A stretch of DNA of 64,000 nucleotides from Candidatus Poriferisocius sp. (GTDB lineage Bacteria > Actinomycetota > Acidimicrobiia > Acidimicrobiales > Bin134). This document shows positions 1 through 8,001 of this stretch, piece by piece. Under the pieces are notes generated by a model. It was not told the DNA's origin. It searched no databases and saw only the letters and a list, made by a program, of their open reading frames with translations. Numbering within the stretch: position 1 is the stretch's first letter; each line of letters starts with the position of its first letter. The stretch spans positions 724,249 to 788,248 of the forward strand of contig NZ_OZ244793.1 of NCBI RefSeq assembly GCF_965219775.1, given 5' to 3'. The translations under genes were made by a program, and so were the position numbers.

Positions 1-75
1 ACATCGAGCCTCCCTTGCTCAGTGCGGTAGTTCGCAAACACCACACTGGCATCGGAGGCTCACCCAATAGCGGAG

Positions 76-441
76 CTACCTGCCTGAGCTAACAACCTCT
101 ATGGACAGAACAATTAGCCCCGGTGCAGCGATCTCAGCCGCACCGGTCTCGTCTACCCACCCGATGCCAGCTTCCGAGAGTGCCTCACGGGCACCGGGGG
201 AGAGATGGCGAGCAACCACGATTGTCGAGCGAGGTGGCCTTCGGCCCAGCAGTTCCTGCACTCTTCCCAGTGTTCCTTCCCCGATCCAATGCAGTTCGAA
301 GTCTTGGCCGGCAACGACGATCTCGTCGGCCGTCTCGCCCCCGGCGGTGGTCTCGAACTCTACCGAGCGCGGCAAGACGTTCATCAGGGCTTCCTTGGCT
401 CGCTGCTTGATCCGAGGAAGGGCGGGCATTGTCGATGGCAT
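76..441 (-). CDS. hypothetical protein
   Basis: 121-aa ORF with ATG at 439-441. Codon third positions are GC-rich. No family recognised by eye. Divergent from 692..937 across a palindrome-containing spacer. Confidence 0.45.
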   Translation of the reverse strand: MPSTMPALPRIKQRAKEALMNVLPRSVEFETTAGGETADEIVVAGQDFELHWIGEGTLGRVQELLGRRPPRSTIVVARHLSPGAREALSEAGIGWVDETGAAEIAAPGLIVLSIEVVSSGR

Positions 442-465
442 CGTAGTGTTACCTCAGCGAGTAAT

Positions 466-492
466 ATTACCTCACTATGGCAGTGAGGTAAT
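466..492. promoter_or_regulatory. Perfect inverted repeat ATTACCTCAC-N7-GTGAGGTAAT, candidate operator
   Basis: Read directly from the sequence. An extra half-site GTTACCTCAG lies at 448-457. The site sits in a locally AT-richer spacer between divergent ORFs 76..441(-) and 692..937(+). Confidence 0.4.
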
Positions 493-691
493 ACAAATTT
501 CTGAGCAATATGTCCTTGCTGCCGGCTCCAAGGGGTGGAAGGTGGGGCCTGGGCGGGGCCCGTCGGGGTTGGTTTCGCCAATGCTGGTGGGGAGAAGAGC
601 TGTGGTCACCGGGATGCTCTGACAATGCAGGACGTCTCGTTCCTCCAGAATCTCTAGCCTGTCGGTGGTACCACACTCCCAGCCTTGATAG

Positions 692-937
692 GTGACGATG
701 GGAAAGGAAGCTGTCTCCATGGACGAGTCCGAGGCCAAAGACGATCCTCAGCCCGTTGAGCACCGCGAGCGGAGATCTTCAGCATGGAAGGACGAGGTCG
801 CGGCGCGTGCCCACATTCTGAGGGCAGGCAAGGCGGCGGTGCGAGCCTGGGAGGCGGAGCACGGAGAGCTGACAGCGGAGGAGTTGGCCCGGGCCGACTC
901 CATCCTGGATGGCGTCGGCAGCCGAGAGATCTCGTGA
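692..937 (+). CDS. small hypothetical protein (81 aa; alternative ATG at 698)
   Basis: ORF with coding-like codon usage. Charged helical sequence with no family recognised. Ends 1 nt before the convergent YaaC-like gene. Confidence 0.4.
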   Translation: MTMGKEAVSMDESEAKDDPQPVEHRERRSSAWKDEVAARAHILRAGKAAVRAWEAEHGELTAEELARADSILDGVGSREIS

Positions 938-938
938 C

Positions 939-2063
939 CTAATCTACAAAGTGCTCCTCACCAGTAATGCGGCTGGAGAGGTTCAAGAGGTAGCTTTCAC
1001 ACGCTCGGTCAACCCAGCTTGAGAATAGCCAGAAGTAGCGGGTGGCTCGGAGTCGCTCAACGTCTTGCGGTCGATATCTGACCATGTTGGAGAGGTGAAG
1101 GAGAATCAAGAATGCTACTGCTTCATGGGAATGAAGATCAGTGCGGTCGGAGATCACTAGGTATCGCCGGGGACCTCGATAAGATCGGTCAGTAGCCATA
1201 AGCATCTTGTCGTACAGAGAACACAGTTTTGGAGCTGCTTCCTGCGTAGACCTCCCATAGGTATATGCGGCAGTAGACTCGTAAGATACTGTAGACTCTG
1301 GTGATTGAACAAGTCGGAATGAACCTCCAAAGATCTGGCAACTCTTAAGTACAGATTCGGGCTTTAGTTTGTGACGCCTCAGAGTATTTCTATCAATCTC
1401 GACCCTAAGCCAGCCCTTCTTATTCGCGAATAGGGGGTAGCAGGAAGTGATTGGTAACAGCTTTGGGAGTCGGTCTGTTGAGTCTGTGTAGAGATCACAA
1501 GCCTCAGGAAGGTAGGGAAGTAGCCTTAGTAGCGCAATAGTCTTTCCGTCACGTGCGCTATCCTCATGACAGAACTTAGCACCAGTACGGGAGGCCAAGA
1601 GATGAAAGACACCCTTCTTCCCAATCGTAAAGCTCTCCTGTTCAATTCGGTAGCGCCTCTTTCGTACGAATTTGGCGGATGCTCCATGATGGATGAAATC
1701 TGGTTTCGTCGTGGCTGGATCAATCGCGGTAAGGAAGGCCTTAGTTAAGTTTAGGGCAAAGTAGTACGCCAGAAGAGGCTTGGAGACTGGTCCCACGTTT
1801 GCTGTTGCCTCGAAGTACTCCTTGGCCTGCTTGATGTAGGAGATGAACCTACGACCTGCCTCCGCATCAAGATTCGTCCCGTGCTTGCTCTGGAGCCGGT
1901 GGATGCCAGCACCCTCAACAGCAAATGCGTCAAGGCTGGACCAGAGATCCGCGCTTGAGGCACGGTGCGAGAGCAACCGGGCATGTGGCGCTACACCGGC
2001 AACGATAAGTCTGCCCTTCGACCAGCCCGGCTTGCCTTCCCGAGCGGATGGGGGAGCTGCCAC
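939..2063 (-). CDS. YaaC-like protein (PF14175-type)
   Basis: 374-aa ORF with a GTG start at 2063 (N-terminus uncertain). The stretch RRFISYIKQAKEYFEATANVGPVSKPLLAYYFALNLTKAFLTAIDP...HHGAS..RKRRY...FTIGKKGVFH matches my memory of the B. subtilis YaaC core. GC is visibly lower than the flanks. Confidence 0.7.
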   Translation of the reverse strand: MAAPPSAREGKPGWSKGRLIVAGVAPHARLLSHRASSADLWSSLDAFAVEGAGIHRLQSKHGTNLDAEAGRRFISYIKQAKEYFEATANVGPVSKPLLAYYFALNLTKAFLTAIDPATTKPDFIHHGASAKFVRKRRYRIEQESFTIGKKGVFHLLASRTGAKFCHEDSARDGKTIALLRLLPYLPEACDLYTDSTDRLPKLLPITSCYPLFANKKGWLRVEIDRNTLRRHKLKPESVLKSCQIFGGSFRLVQSPESTVSYESTAAYTYGRSTQEAAPKLCSLYDKMLMATDRSYRGPRRYLVISDRTDLHSHEAVAFLILLHLSNMVRYRPQDVERLRATRYFWLFSSWVDRACESYLLNLSSRITGEEHFVD

Positions 2064-2077
2064 TGCCTATTTGACCT

Positions 2078-2245
2078 TCAGATGCATAGTCCTTCATTGA
2101 AGCATACGGGTGGCGGTGCAGAAGTGATGGTCATAAGGCAGATGCATGTTGGTGCCTTCGTGCTTAGGCCATGAGGTACTTCCGGCGGGGGAGTGACCTG
2201 CAGGAGGTCGCCGAATTCCTGCACTCGACGGCAGCACTCCTCCAT
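2078..2245 (-). CDS. possible 55-aa Cys/Ser/Thr/Pro-rich small ORF (below the track cutoff)
   Basis: Hand translation gives MEECCRRVQEFGDLLQVTPPPEVPHGLSTKAPTCICLMTITSAPPPVCFNEGLCI. ATG at 2243-2245 and TGA at 2078-2080. No obvious SD. Sits in the 220-bp gap between the AbiEi-like and YaaC-like genes. Confidence 0.2.
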   Translation of the reverse strand: MEECCRRVQEFGDLLQVTPPPEVPHGLSTKAPTCICLMTITSAPPPVCFNEGLCI

Positions 2246-2282
2246 GGGAGGCGGTCACGCAATTGTCGCTGGGGTGGGGTGG

Positions 2283-2864
2283 TCAATGGAGATCGCTCCA
2301 ACGCTGTCGCGCTGCTATGTGGCGCTCGTGGGTGAGTTGCTGGGAGATGAGGTTGGGGCGGACGAGAGCATCTCGAATGAGTCGAGCCACGGCTTCTGTG
2401 AAGTCCGACCACGGAGTCTCGATCGCGGTGGGTCCCTCCCGAAGAAGCTCCAGGACGGCGATCTCGGTGGCCTCCAGACCCAGGACGCGTCGTTCGATGG
2501 ACCGGCCCACGAACCGGACACTGTCAACAGGTGACGGAACCCTGCCGGGAACGGCAATCGTCTCGATGGCAGGAACCTGAGTGGTCAAGCCCAGGTAGGC
2601 GGCCGCGGTCGCGCCAGCAGGGCCTGCACCGGGCCCGGCGACTTCCATACCGACGTCAAAGGCACGGGGCAGTGGCACCCCGACGGGAGTGCGTGGCCCC
2701 TTCCAGTACAGGCCCCGGCGGACCCTGGCGACGTCCCCCTTGGCCACGAGTCGCGACAACTCGCACTCCACGGCGCGCCGCGGCCCCGCCAGGTCGGCGA
2801 TTTGGATGAAGCTGCGCACCGGTGCGTTCTCGATCCGTTCGCGGACACGCTCAGCCGTACTCAT
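2283..2864 (-). CDS. AbiEi-family (DUF6088-like) type IV antitoxin-like transcriptional regulator
   Basis: 193 aa. N-terminal wHTH-like segment ...LSRLVAKGDVARVRRGLYWKG... and AAAYLGLTTQVP, typical of AbiEi_4/DUF6088 proteins as I remember them. Confidence 0.7.
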   Translation of the reverse strand: MSTAERVRERIENAPVRSFIQIADLAGPRRAVECELSRLVAKGDVARVRRGLYWKGPRTPVGVPLPRAFDVGMEVAGPGAGPAGATAAAYLGLTTQVPAIETIAVPGRVPSPVDSVRFVGRSIERRVLGLEATEIAVLELLREGPTAIETPWSDFTEAVARLIRDALVRPNLISQQLTHERHIAARQRWSDLH

Positions 2865-2966
2865 AAGAGATAACCGTAACGAGATACTCTCAACTAGTCC
2901 AGTCTGATTCCTCCTGGCGGAGGGGCAGGAGAAAGGCCAGATGGGATCAAGGTGGGGCTCTGATGG

Positions 2967-3422
2967 TTAGGAGACGGCGATGACCCAGAAGTCTTGGGTG
3001 GTTTGGCCGGGGGTGATGTCGAACGCGGTGTCGTTGATGTAGAGCAGGTTGTCGTCGGCGTCTTCGATTCGGGCCGACACGGCGTACGTCCGTCCGGCTA
3101 CCAGGTTGCCGCTCCAGGTCAGTTCGTAGTCGAAGGGGATGGCGGTAGTGGGCACCGTCTGTCGGGTGATGGGCTCGGAGGCGACATCGGTGCGGCTCAC
3201 GTCGGCCAGGGTGACCACCACCACCGCTCCGTCAGGAAGCCGGGCTCCGGCGGGGATGATGGTGCCGTCGAGTTCACCGAGTTCCACCGTCCCCGACAAC
3301 GAGTTCGACGACGGGCTTGGAGTACCACCACCGGGGTCGACGGTGGGCCCCGGCTCGCCGGACCCACACGCCGCGGCGAACACGGCGGCAACAACCAGGA
3401 AGGCGGCGACGAGGTGCCTCAT
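2967..3422 (-). CDS. YbaY/YscW-like lipoprotein
   Basis: Internal ATG at 3420-3422 gives MRHLVAAFLVVAAVFAAACGSG, a signal peptide plus lipobox Cys. The body TLADVSRTDV...PFDYELTW...RTYAVSARIEDADDNLLYINDTAF is YbaY-like. The longer track ORF (to 3575) is an upstream extension. Confidence 0.7.
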   Translation of the reverse strand: MRHLVAAFLVVAAVFAAACGSGEPGPTVDPGGGTPSPSSNSLSGTVELGELDGTIIPAGARLPDGAVVVVTLADVSRTDVASEPITRQTVPTTAIPFDYELTWSGNLVAGRTYAVSARIEDADDNLLYINDTAFDITPGQTTQDFWVIAVS

Positions 3423-3426
3423 CGGC

Positions 3427-4605
3427 TCATGCCGGGGCGTCCGCGGACCGGGGAGCGGGCAACGGGTCACCCATGCGGGCGAAAGCGTCGGCCGCCGTGT
3501 TGCCCAGGAAGGCAGCCCGGAGGTCGTCGTCGAGGCGGTCGAGCCCCGGGCGGTACAGCTCGATGGGGTCGGCATTGCCCTCCTGGTGGGGGTAGTCCGA
3601 CGAGAACACCACCATGTCGGGCAACTCGGCCAGCACGTCGAGGGCGTCGGCGTCGCCGAAGCCGGGCAGGGGAGTGAGGCGCAGGTTGCGGTGCAACATG
3701 TCGGCCCCGCTGGTCGGCCACGGCCAGTCGCCCAGCGACGCCGACGACTGGCTCTGGCGCGACAGAGTCGTCACGTACCAGGGCAGCCATCCGGCCCGCA
3801 TCTCCTCGACGAGCACGGTGAGATCGGGAAAGCGGTGGAACACCCCGCCGAAGAGCATGCTGGCGATGAGATTCTGGGCGGCGTGCAACCGCTGGGTGTT
3901 GGCCAGACGGATGAGGCCCCCGACGCCGGCACCGTCGGGTTGGTCCCAACCGATGTCGGCCCACTCGGTGAAGTCGGCCTCGGTGTTGCCCACGTGGATG
4001 ACCACCACCATGCCGAGGTCGATGGCCGCCGCCCAGATCCGATCCCAGCGGGGATGGCCGGGCGGTCCGCCGGCCGGAACACCCCGGCGGGTGTAAAGGA
4101 AGAAGGCCCGGGCCCCACGGCTGCGGCATCGCTGCAGGTCCTCGACGGCGGCGTCGAGATCGGAGAAGTCGATGGTGGCCACCGCATGAAGTCGCCCCGA
4201 TTGGTCGGCAAGCTGTTCGGTGAGGAAGTCGTTGCACCGCCGGGCGGCCACGGGACGGTCCTCGGCCCGCAGGTAGTCGAGCTTCTGCCAATAGCCGCCG
4301 GGGTTCACCAGGCAGTGGTCGATGCCCACCCCGTCCATCCACGCCACCCGTTCGGCGGCGGTGGAGTCGTGGCGGGGATGGAGGACCACCGGACCCCCGC
4401 TGCGTTCGGCCCGGTCGAACAGCTTGGGCAGCAGCTCGGCGGGGGAGGGGAGCCGTTCCGCGGGCAGCACCTGCAGCAAATCCCCGGCGATGGCGTTGGC
4501 CAAGTGGGTGCGATTGTCGGGAATCTGATCGGCCCACGCCAGCATCGGGTCGTCGCTGGCGTTGTGCCCGGTGATCTCCCAGTGGGTGTCGACGTCGACG
4601 ATCAT
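3427..4605 (-). CDS. amidohydrolase family protein (PF04909/ACMSD-like)
   Basis: Starts MIVDVDTHWE (ATG at 4603-4605). Has a metal-binding D-x-H N-terminus and SSDYPHQEG near the C-terminus. The track ORF extends to 4719, but that part is Arg/Pro-rich shadow. Confidence 0.85.
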   Translation of the reverse strand: MIVDVDTHWEITGHNASDDPMLAWADQIPDNRTHLANAIAGDLLQVLPAERLPSPAELLPKLFDRAERSGGPVVLHPRHDSTAAERVAWMDGVGIDHCLVNPGGYWQKLDYLRAEDRPVAARRCNDFLTEQLADQSGRLHAVATIDFSDLDAAVEDLQRCRSRGARAFFLYTRRGVPAGGPPGHPRWDRIWAAAIDLGMVVVIHVGNTEADFTEWADIGWDQPDGAGVGGLIRLANTQRLHAAQNLIASMLFGGVFHRFPDLTVLVEEMRAGWLPWYVTTLSRQSQSSASLGDWPWPTSGADMLHRNLRLTPLPGFGDADALDVLAELPDMVVFSSDYPHQEGNADPIELYRPGLDRLDDDLRAAFLGNTAADAFARMGDPLPAPRSADAPA

Positions 4606-4717
4606 CTCCTCAGCGTAGTGATGTCGGTCGCCGTTGTGTCGGCGACACCGTGTACTCTCGCCGCCAGCGGCCTCGGCGGAGGCCGGTGTTGGCTCAACAC
4701 ACAAGGGAGGGACCGGC

Positions 4718-5872
4718 ATGACCGATCAGATGATGCGGGAGTTCGCGGCGGCCCTGCCGGTGCCCGAATTCGAGACCACGGCTTGGGCCCCGGCCCCGGA
4801 GTTGTCCCGGGCCACCGTGGCCGTCGTGACCAGTGCGGCCCTGCACCGCCCCGACGACGAGCCTTTCTCCGCTCGGGGCGACGCCGGCTACCGGTTGCTC
4901 GACCGGGAGGATCGCAACCTGGTACTGGGGCACTGGAGTTCCAACTTCGACCGGTCGGCGTTCCTGTTGGATCTCAACGTGGTGTACCCGGTGGACCGTC
5001 TGGAGGAGTTGGCGGCCGACGGGGTGATCGGCGAGGTGGCCCCTCGTCATGTGGCCTTCGCCGGCAACCAGCCCGACACGGTGTCGGAGGTCCGCATGGA
5101 CACCGGACCGGCGGCCGCCGCCGATCTGCGGGCCGACGGGGTGGACGTGGCCATCCTGACCCCGGTTTGACCCCTGTGCACGCGCACCGTGTGTGTGCTG
5201 GCCCACGTGTTGGAAGCAGCCGGGATCGCCACCGTGGTGCTGGCCGCCATGCGCCCGGTGGCCGAGAAGATGCGGGTGCCCCGGGCCCTGTACTGCAAGT
5301 TCCCCCTCGGGCGTCCTCTGGGGGCGCCCAACGACGCCGCCTTGCAGCACCGGGTGCTGCGGGCTGCTTTCGATCTGCTGGACGCCCCGGCGGGACCGGT
5401 GTTGGCCGATTTCCCCGAAGTGGTGGAGGCCGAGGAGACGCCCATGGCCTGTGCGCTCCCTTCCCGGTTCGACCCCGATCTGCCGGCGTCGGTGGACGAG
5501 GCCCGAGGACTGCGGGCCGCCTACGACCGGGCGGTGGCCCGTCGAGGGGTAACCGAGGTGGGCCGGGCGGTGGACGCCGACGGAGTGCCCGCCGCGCTGG
5601 CCGACCTGGAACGGGTGGCCGGCGGGGAACACTGGAAAAAGGTGTACGGGCCCCGGCTCGATACCATTGCCTTGTCCCACGACATCCGGGCCTACTACCA
5701 GGAGGCGGCGCTGGAGTTGGCCGACCGGCCTGCTCTCGGCGCCCGCCAGATGGAGACTTGGTTCTTCGACCAGACCGAAGCGGGGGCCACCCTGAGCGCC
5801 GCCCGGGCCGCGCTCACCGAACAGGGCGCCCCCGACGGCATCGTCTTCTACATGGCCCCCGCCGGTCGCTGA
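4718..5872 (+). CDS. GrdB-family (selenoprotein B-like) protein with in-frame TGA (probable Sec, codon 151) at 5168-5170
   Basis: Track ORFs 4634..5170 and 5189..5872 are in the same frame with only the TGA between them. Read-through gives ...DGVDVAILTPV-U-PLCTRTVCVLAHVLEAAGIATV. This parallels clostridial GrdB ...DGVDAVILTST-U-GTCTRCGATMVKEIERAGIPVV (from memory). ATG at 4718 is preceded by AAGGGAGG. Confidence 0.75.
5178..5198 (+). promoter_or_regulatory. SECIS-like hairpin 8 nt downstream of the in-frame TGA
   Basis: GCACGCGC-ACCGU-GUGUGUGC gives an 8-bp stem (three G-U pairs) with a 5-nt loop containing GU. Folded by eye only. Confidence 0.35.
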
Positions 5873-5961
5873 CGCATCAAGAGGACAGGCCAGCCATAGG
5901 CGCCGACGGCCCACGACTGTTCTCGCCGCGCCGCCACTGAGGGCCGCGAGCAGCCCAGGGC

Positions 5962-7167
5962 TCAGGCGGCGATGGCGTTCTTCAGCAAGGCCTCGTTGGG
6001 CTCAGCGGGAAGATCGGTGAGGGGCTCGGCGATCTCGGCATGGGTGGGGCCGTGCTGGGCGGCCAGCGGCGCCAGGGCGTCGAGGTCGAAGCCGTAGAGG
6101 TCGGCGGCGTTGCCGGCCAGAATCTGCTGCAGCTCCACCGGATCGGTGTCGCAGAACACCTGGCGCAGGTGCTCGCGGGTGTAGGGGCCGGTGCCCTCGT
6201 TGTGGGGATAGTCGGAGCCCCACATCACCTTGTCGACCCCGAGCACTTCGCGGGCAGCAGCGTCGGCGTGACCGGGCTGGCTGATGCCCACCCAGCAGTT
6301 CCGCTGGAAGTACTCGGTGGCCGAGCGGGGCAGGATGTGGCTCTCGTCGTAGCGCATCTCGCCCATGCGGCCGGTGTCGCGGATGGTGGCCAAGGTCTCA
6401 TCCATGTGGGCCAACGCCCCCACCAACCAGGCGCAGCCCTGTTCGGTCATCACGAACTTGAGCTTGGGGAACCGCTCGAACACCCCCGACAGCAGGAGCT
6501 GGTAGAAGGGCCGGTGGGAGTAGAAGCTCACCTCGTGGATGAACAGCAGGTCGGCCACCGAGTAGCGCCCGTAGTTGGGCGCCCCAGTGCCGCCGTGGCT
6601 GTTGACGATCACCCCGAGATCCTCACAGGCGGCCCAGAACGGGTCGTACACCGGGTCGTAGAGCGGGGCGAGGTCCTTGCAATCGGGCGGGATGGCCGAG
6701 ATGAGCACGCCGCCGCGCAGGTTGTTGGCGGCGATGAACTCCACGTCGGCGATGGCTTCGTCCACGTCGTTGAGGAAGGTCTGCCCGATACCGGCCCGCT
6801 GGTCGGGGTACTGGGCGCACCAGTCGGCCAGCCAGCGGTTGTGGGCCCGGATACCGGCCAGTCGGTGCTCGAGCTGGTCGTCTCGGGGCGGGCGGGCGAA
6901 AAGGATGAAGCTGGGAAAGAACGGGGGCACGGTGTTAGGGAACACCACCTCGCCCACCTGGCCGTCGGCGTACAGGTCGCCCAGGCGCCGCTCGTTGTCC
7001 CAGTTGCGCACCCGGCCGCCGTCCTGGAGGTCGCGGAACGGGTTCCGGTACTTCTCCCGCCACGCGTCGAAGTCGTCGTGGTATTTCGACTCCAGGAAGC
7101 CCCGGTAGGTCTCGTGGTTGGCCCCGGCGTGGCAGTCGGCCGAGATGATGGTGTAGCGATCGCTCAT
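5962..7167 (-). CDS. amidohydrolase family protein (PF04909-like)
   Basis: 401 aa. Starts MSDRYTIISADCHAG, with ...WGSDYPHNEG further on. Clean ORF with GC3 bias. Confidence 0.9.
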   Translation of the reverse strand: MSDRYTIISADCHAGANHETYRGFLESKYHDDFDAWREKYRNPFRDLQDGGRVRNWDNERRLGDLYADGQVGEVVFPNTVPPFFPSFILFARPPRDDQLEHRLAGIRAHNRWLADWCAQYPDQRAGIGQTFLNDVDEAIADVEFIAANNLRGGVLISAIPPDCKDLAPLYDPVYDPFWAACEDLGVIVNSHGGTGAPNYGRYSVADLLFIHEVSFYSHRPFYQLLLSGVFERFPKLKFVMTEQGCAWLVGALAHMDETLATIRDTGRMGEMRYDESHILPRSATEYFQRNCWVGISQPGHADAAAREVLGVDKVMWGSDYPHNEGTGPYTREHLRQVFCDTDPVELQQILAGNAADLYGFDLDALAPLAAQHGPTHAEIAEPLTDLPAEPNEALLKNAIAA

Positions 7168-7241
7168 GTTTGCTCCTGGTGGCTCGGGAACTGACGGAAC
7201 GCACGTCTTGACGAGAACGCAACCCTCAGGATGCCACGCCG

Positions 7242-7637
7242 GTGATGCCCGAGTGCAGTTCGGCGTGCGCTAGGTTGCTCCCCATGGGTTCCACGCCGGG
7301 AGTTGTCAAGGGGGAGTGGGACGACCAACCCCACAACTGGCGCACGTTCTTCAGGCGGTGGCGGCGCGGCAAGGAGCCCTTCCGATTCGAGGTCGTCCGC
7401 ACCGAGGCCATGTCGGCCGAGGCCTTCTTCGTGATCGGTCGCAGCGTCTCGGGCCGGGTCCAGCCCGGAGACCCCGTGGTGGTGCAGACGGGCGACAGTA
7501 TGATCGCCACCCGGGTGGCGTCCATCGACCACACCGTGCAGGACGAGGGCGAGTTCCACATGCTCATGGCCCTCCAACTCGACGACGTCGGCCCCGACAC
7601 CGCCATCTCCCCAGGCGACATCATCCACCACCCCTGA
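7242..7637 (+). CDS. hypothetical protein (start uncertain; alternative ATG at 7284)
   Basis: 131-aa ORF with strong GC3 bias in the 3' two-thirds. The C-terminal half looks like a small beta-barrel (GRVQPGDPVVV...). No confident family. Confidence 0.5.
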   Translation: MMPECSSACARLLPMGSTPGVVKGEWDDQPHNWRTFFRRWRRGKEPFRFEVVRTEAMSAEAFFVIGRSVSGRVQPGDPVVVQTGDSMIATRVASIDHTVQDEGEFHMLMALQLDDVGPDTAISPGDIIHHP

Positions 7638-7673
7638 AGTCCGGGTCGGCGCCTGGGACGGTATTGTTCGGGT

Positions 7674-7994
7674 ATGAGCGCTCGAGTGCGACCGTTGGGG
7701 CGTCCCCCGGTGGCGATTCCCCGAAACATCGCGGATCGCTCGATCCCCAAGGCCTGCGGAGTGGTCCGCTTGCCGGGCCATATCGCATGGAGTGAACCAT
7801 TCGAGTACGACCTCGGCGACCGGTGCGAACTGCTCCTCGCCTATGCCCAGGTGATGACCGAGGGTATGGAGGAGGACGTCTTGCGCTACATCGACCTCGA
7901 TGTGCTGCTGGCAGTGTGGGATGAGCTCTGCCTGTCTCCCTATGTTCGGGAGGCGTGGGCCGAGTGGCTCTGTTCACGAGGCTTGATCGAGTAA
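7674..7994 (+). CDS. putative cognate partner (antitoxin-like) of the downstream nucleotidyltransferase
   Basis: 106 aa, ending 7 nt before the NTase gene. The motif LPGHIAWSEPFEYDL...VLRYIDLDVLLAVWDELCLSPYVREAW resembles partners seen upstream of AbiEii-type genes in actinobacteria (from memory). Confidence 0.5.
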   Translation: MSARVRPLGRPPVAIPRNIADRSIPKACGVVRLPGHIAWSEPFEYDLGDRCELLLAYAQVMTEGMEEDVLRYIDLDVLLAVWDELCLSPYVREAWAEWLCSRGLIE

Positions 7995-8001
7995 TTCCCG
8001 A

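Noticed and set aside
2164-2580. Several 80-113-aa ORFs overlapping the 3' part of the AbiEi-like gene and the gap
   Set aside because: They are off-frame or antisense to the AbiEi-like gene, have shadow composition and show no motifs.
4634-5170. Treating 4634..5170 and 5189..5872 as two independent genes or a pseudogene
   Set aside because: They share a frame with a single TGA at the GrdB Sec-equivalent position, followed by C-T-R and a hairpin. The second ORF has no RBS of its own and its GTG lies inside the conserved motif. A pseudogene remains the fallback if the genome lacks Sec machinery.
3139-5940. 933-aa plus-strand ORF spanning several genes
   Set aside because: The translation is Arg/Gly/Pro/Ala-rich and low-complexity, typical of stop-free shadow frames in high-GC DNA. 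It overlaps well-supported genes on both strands.
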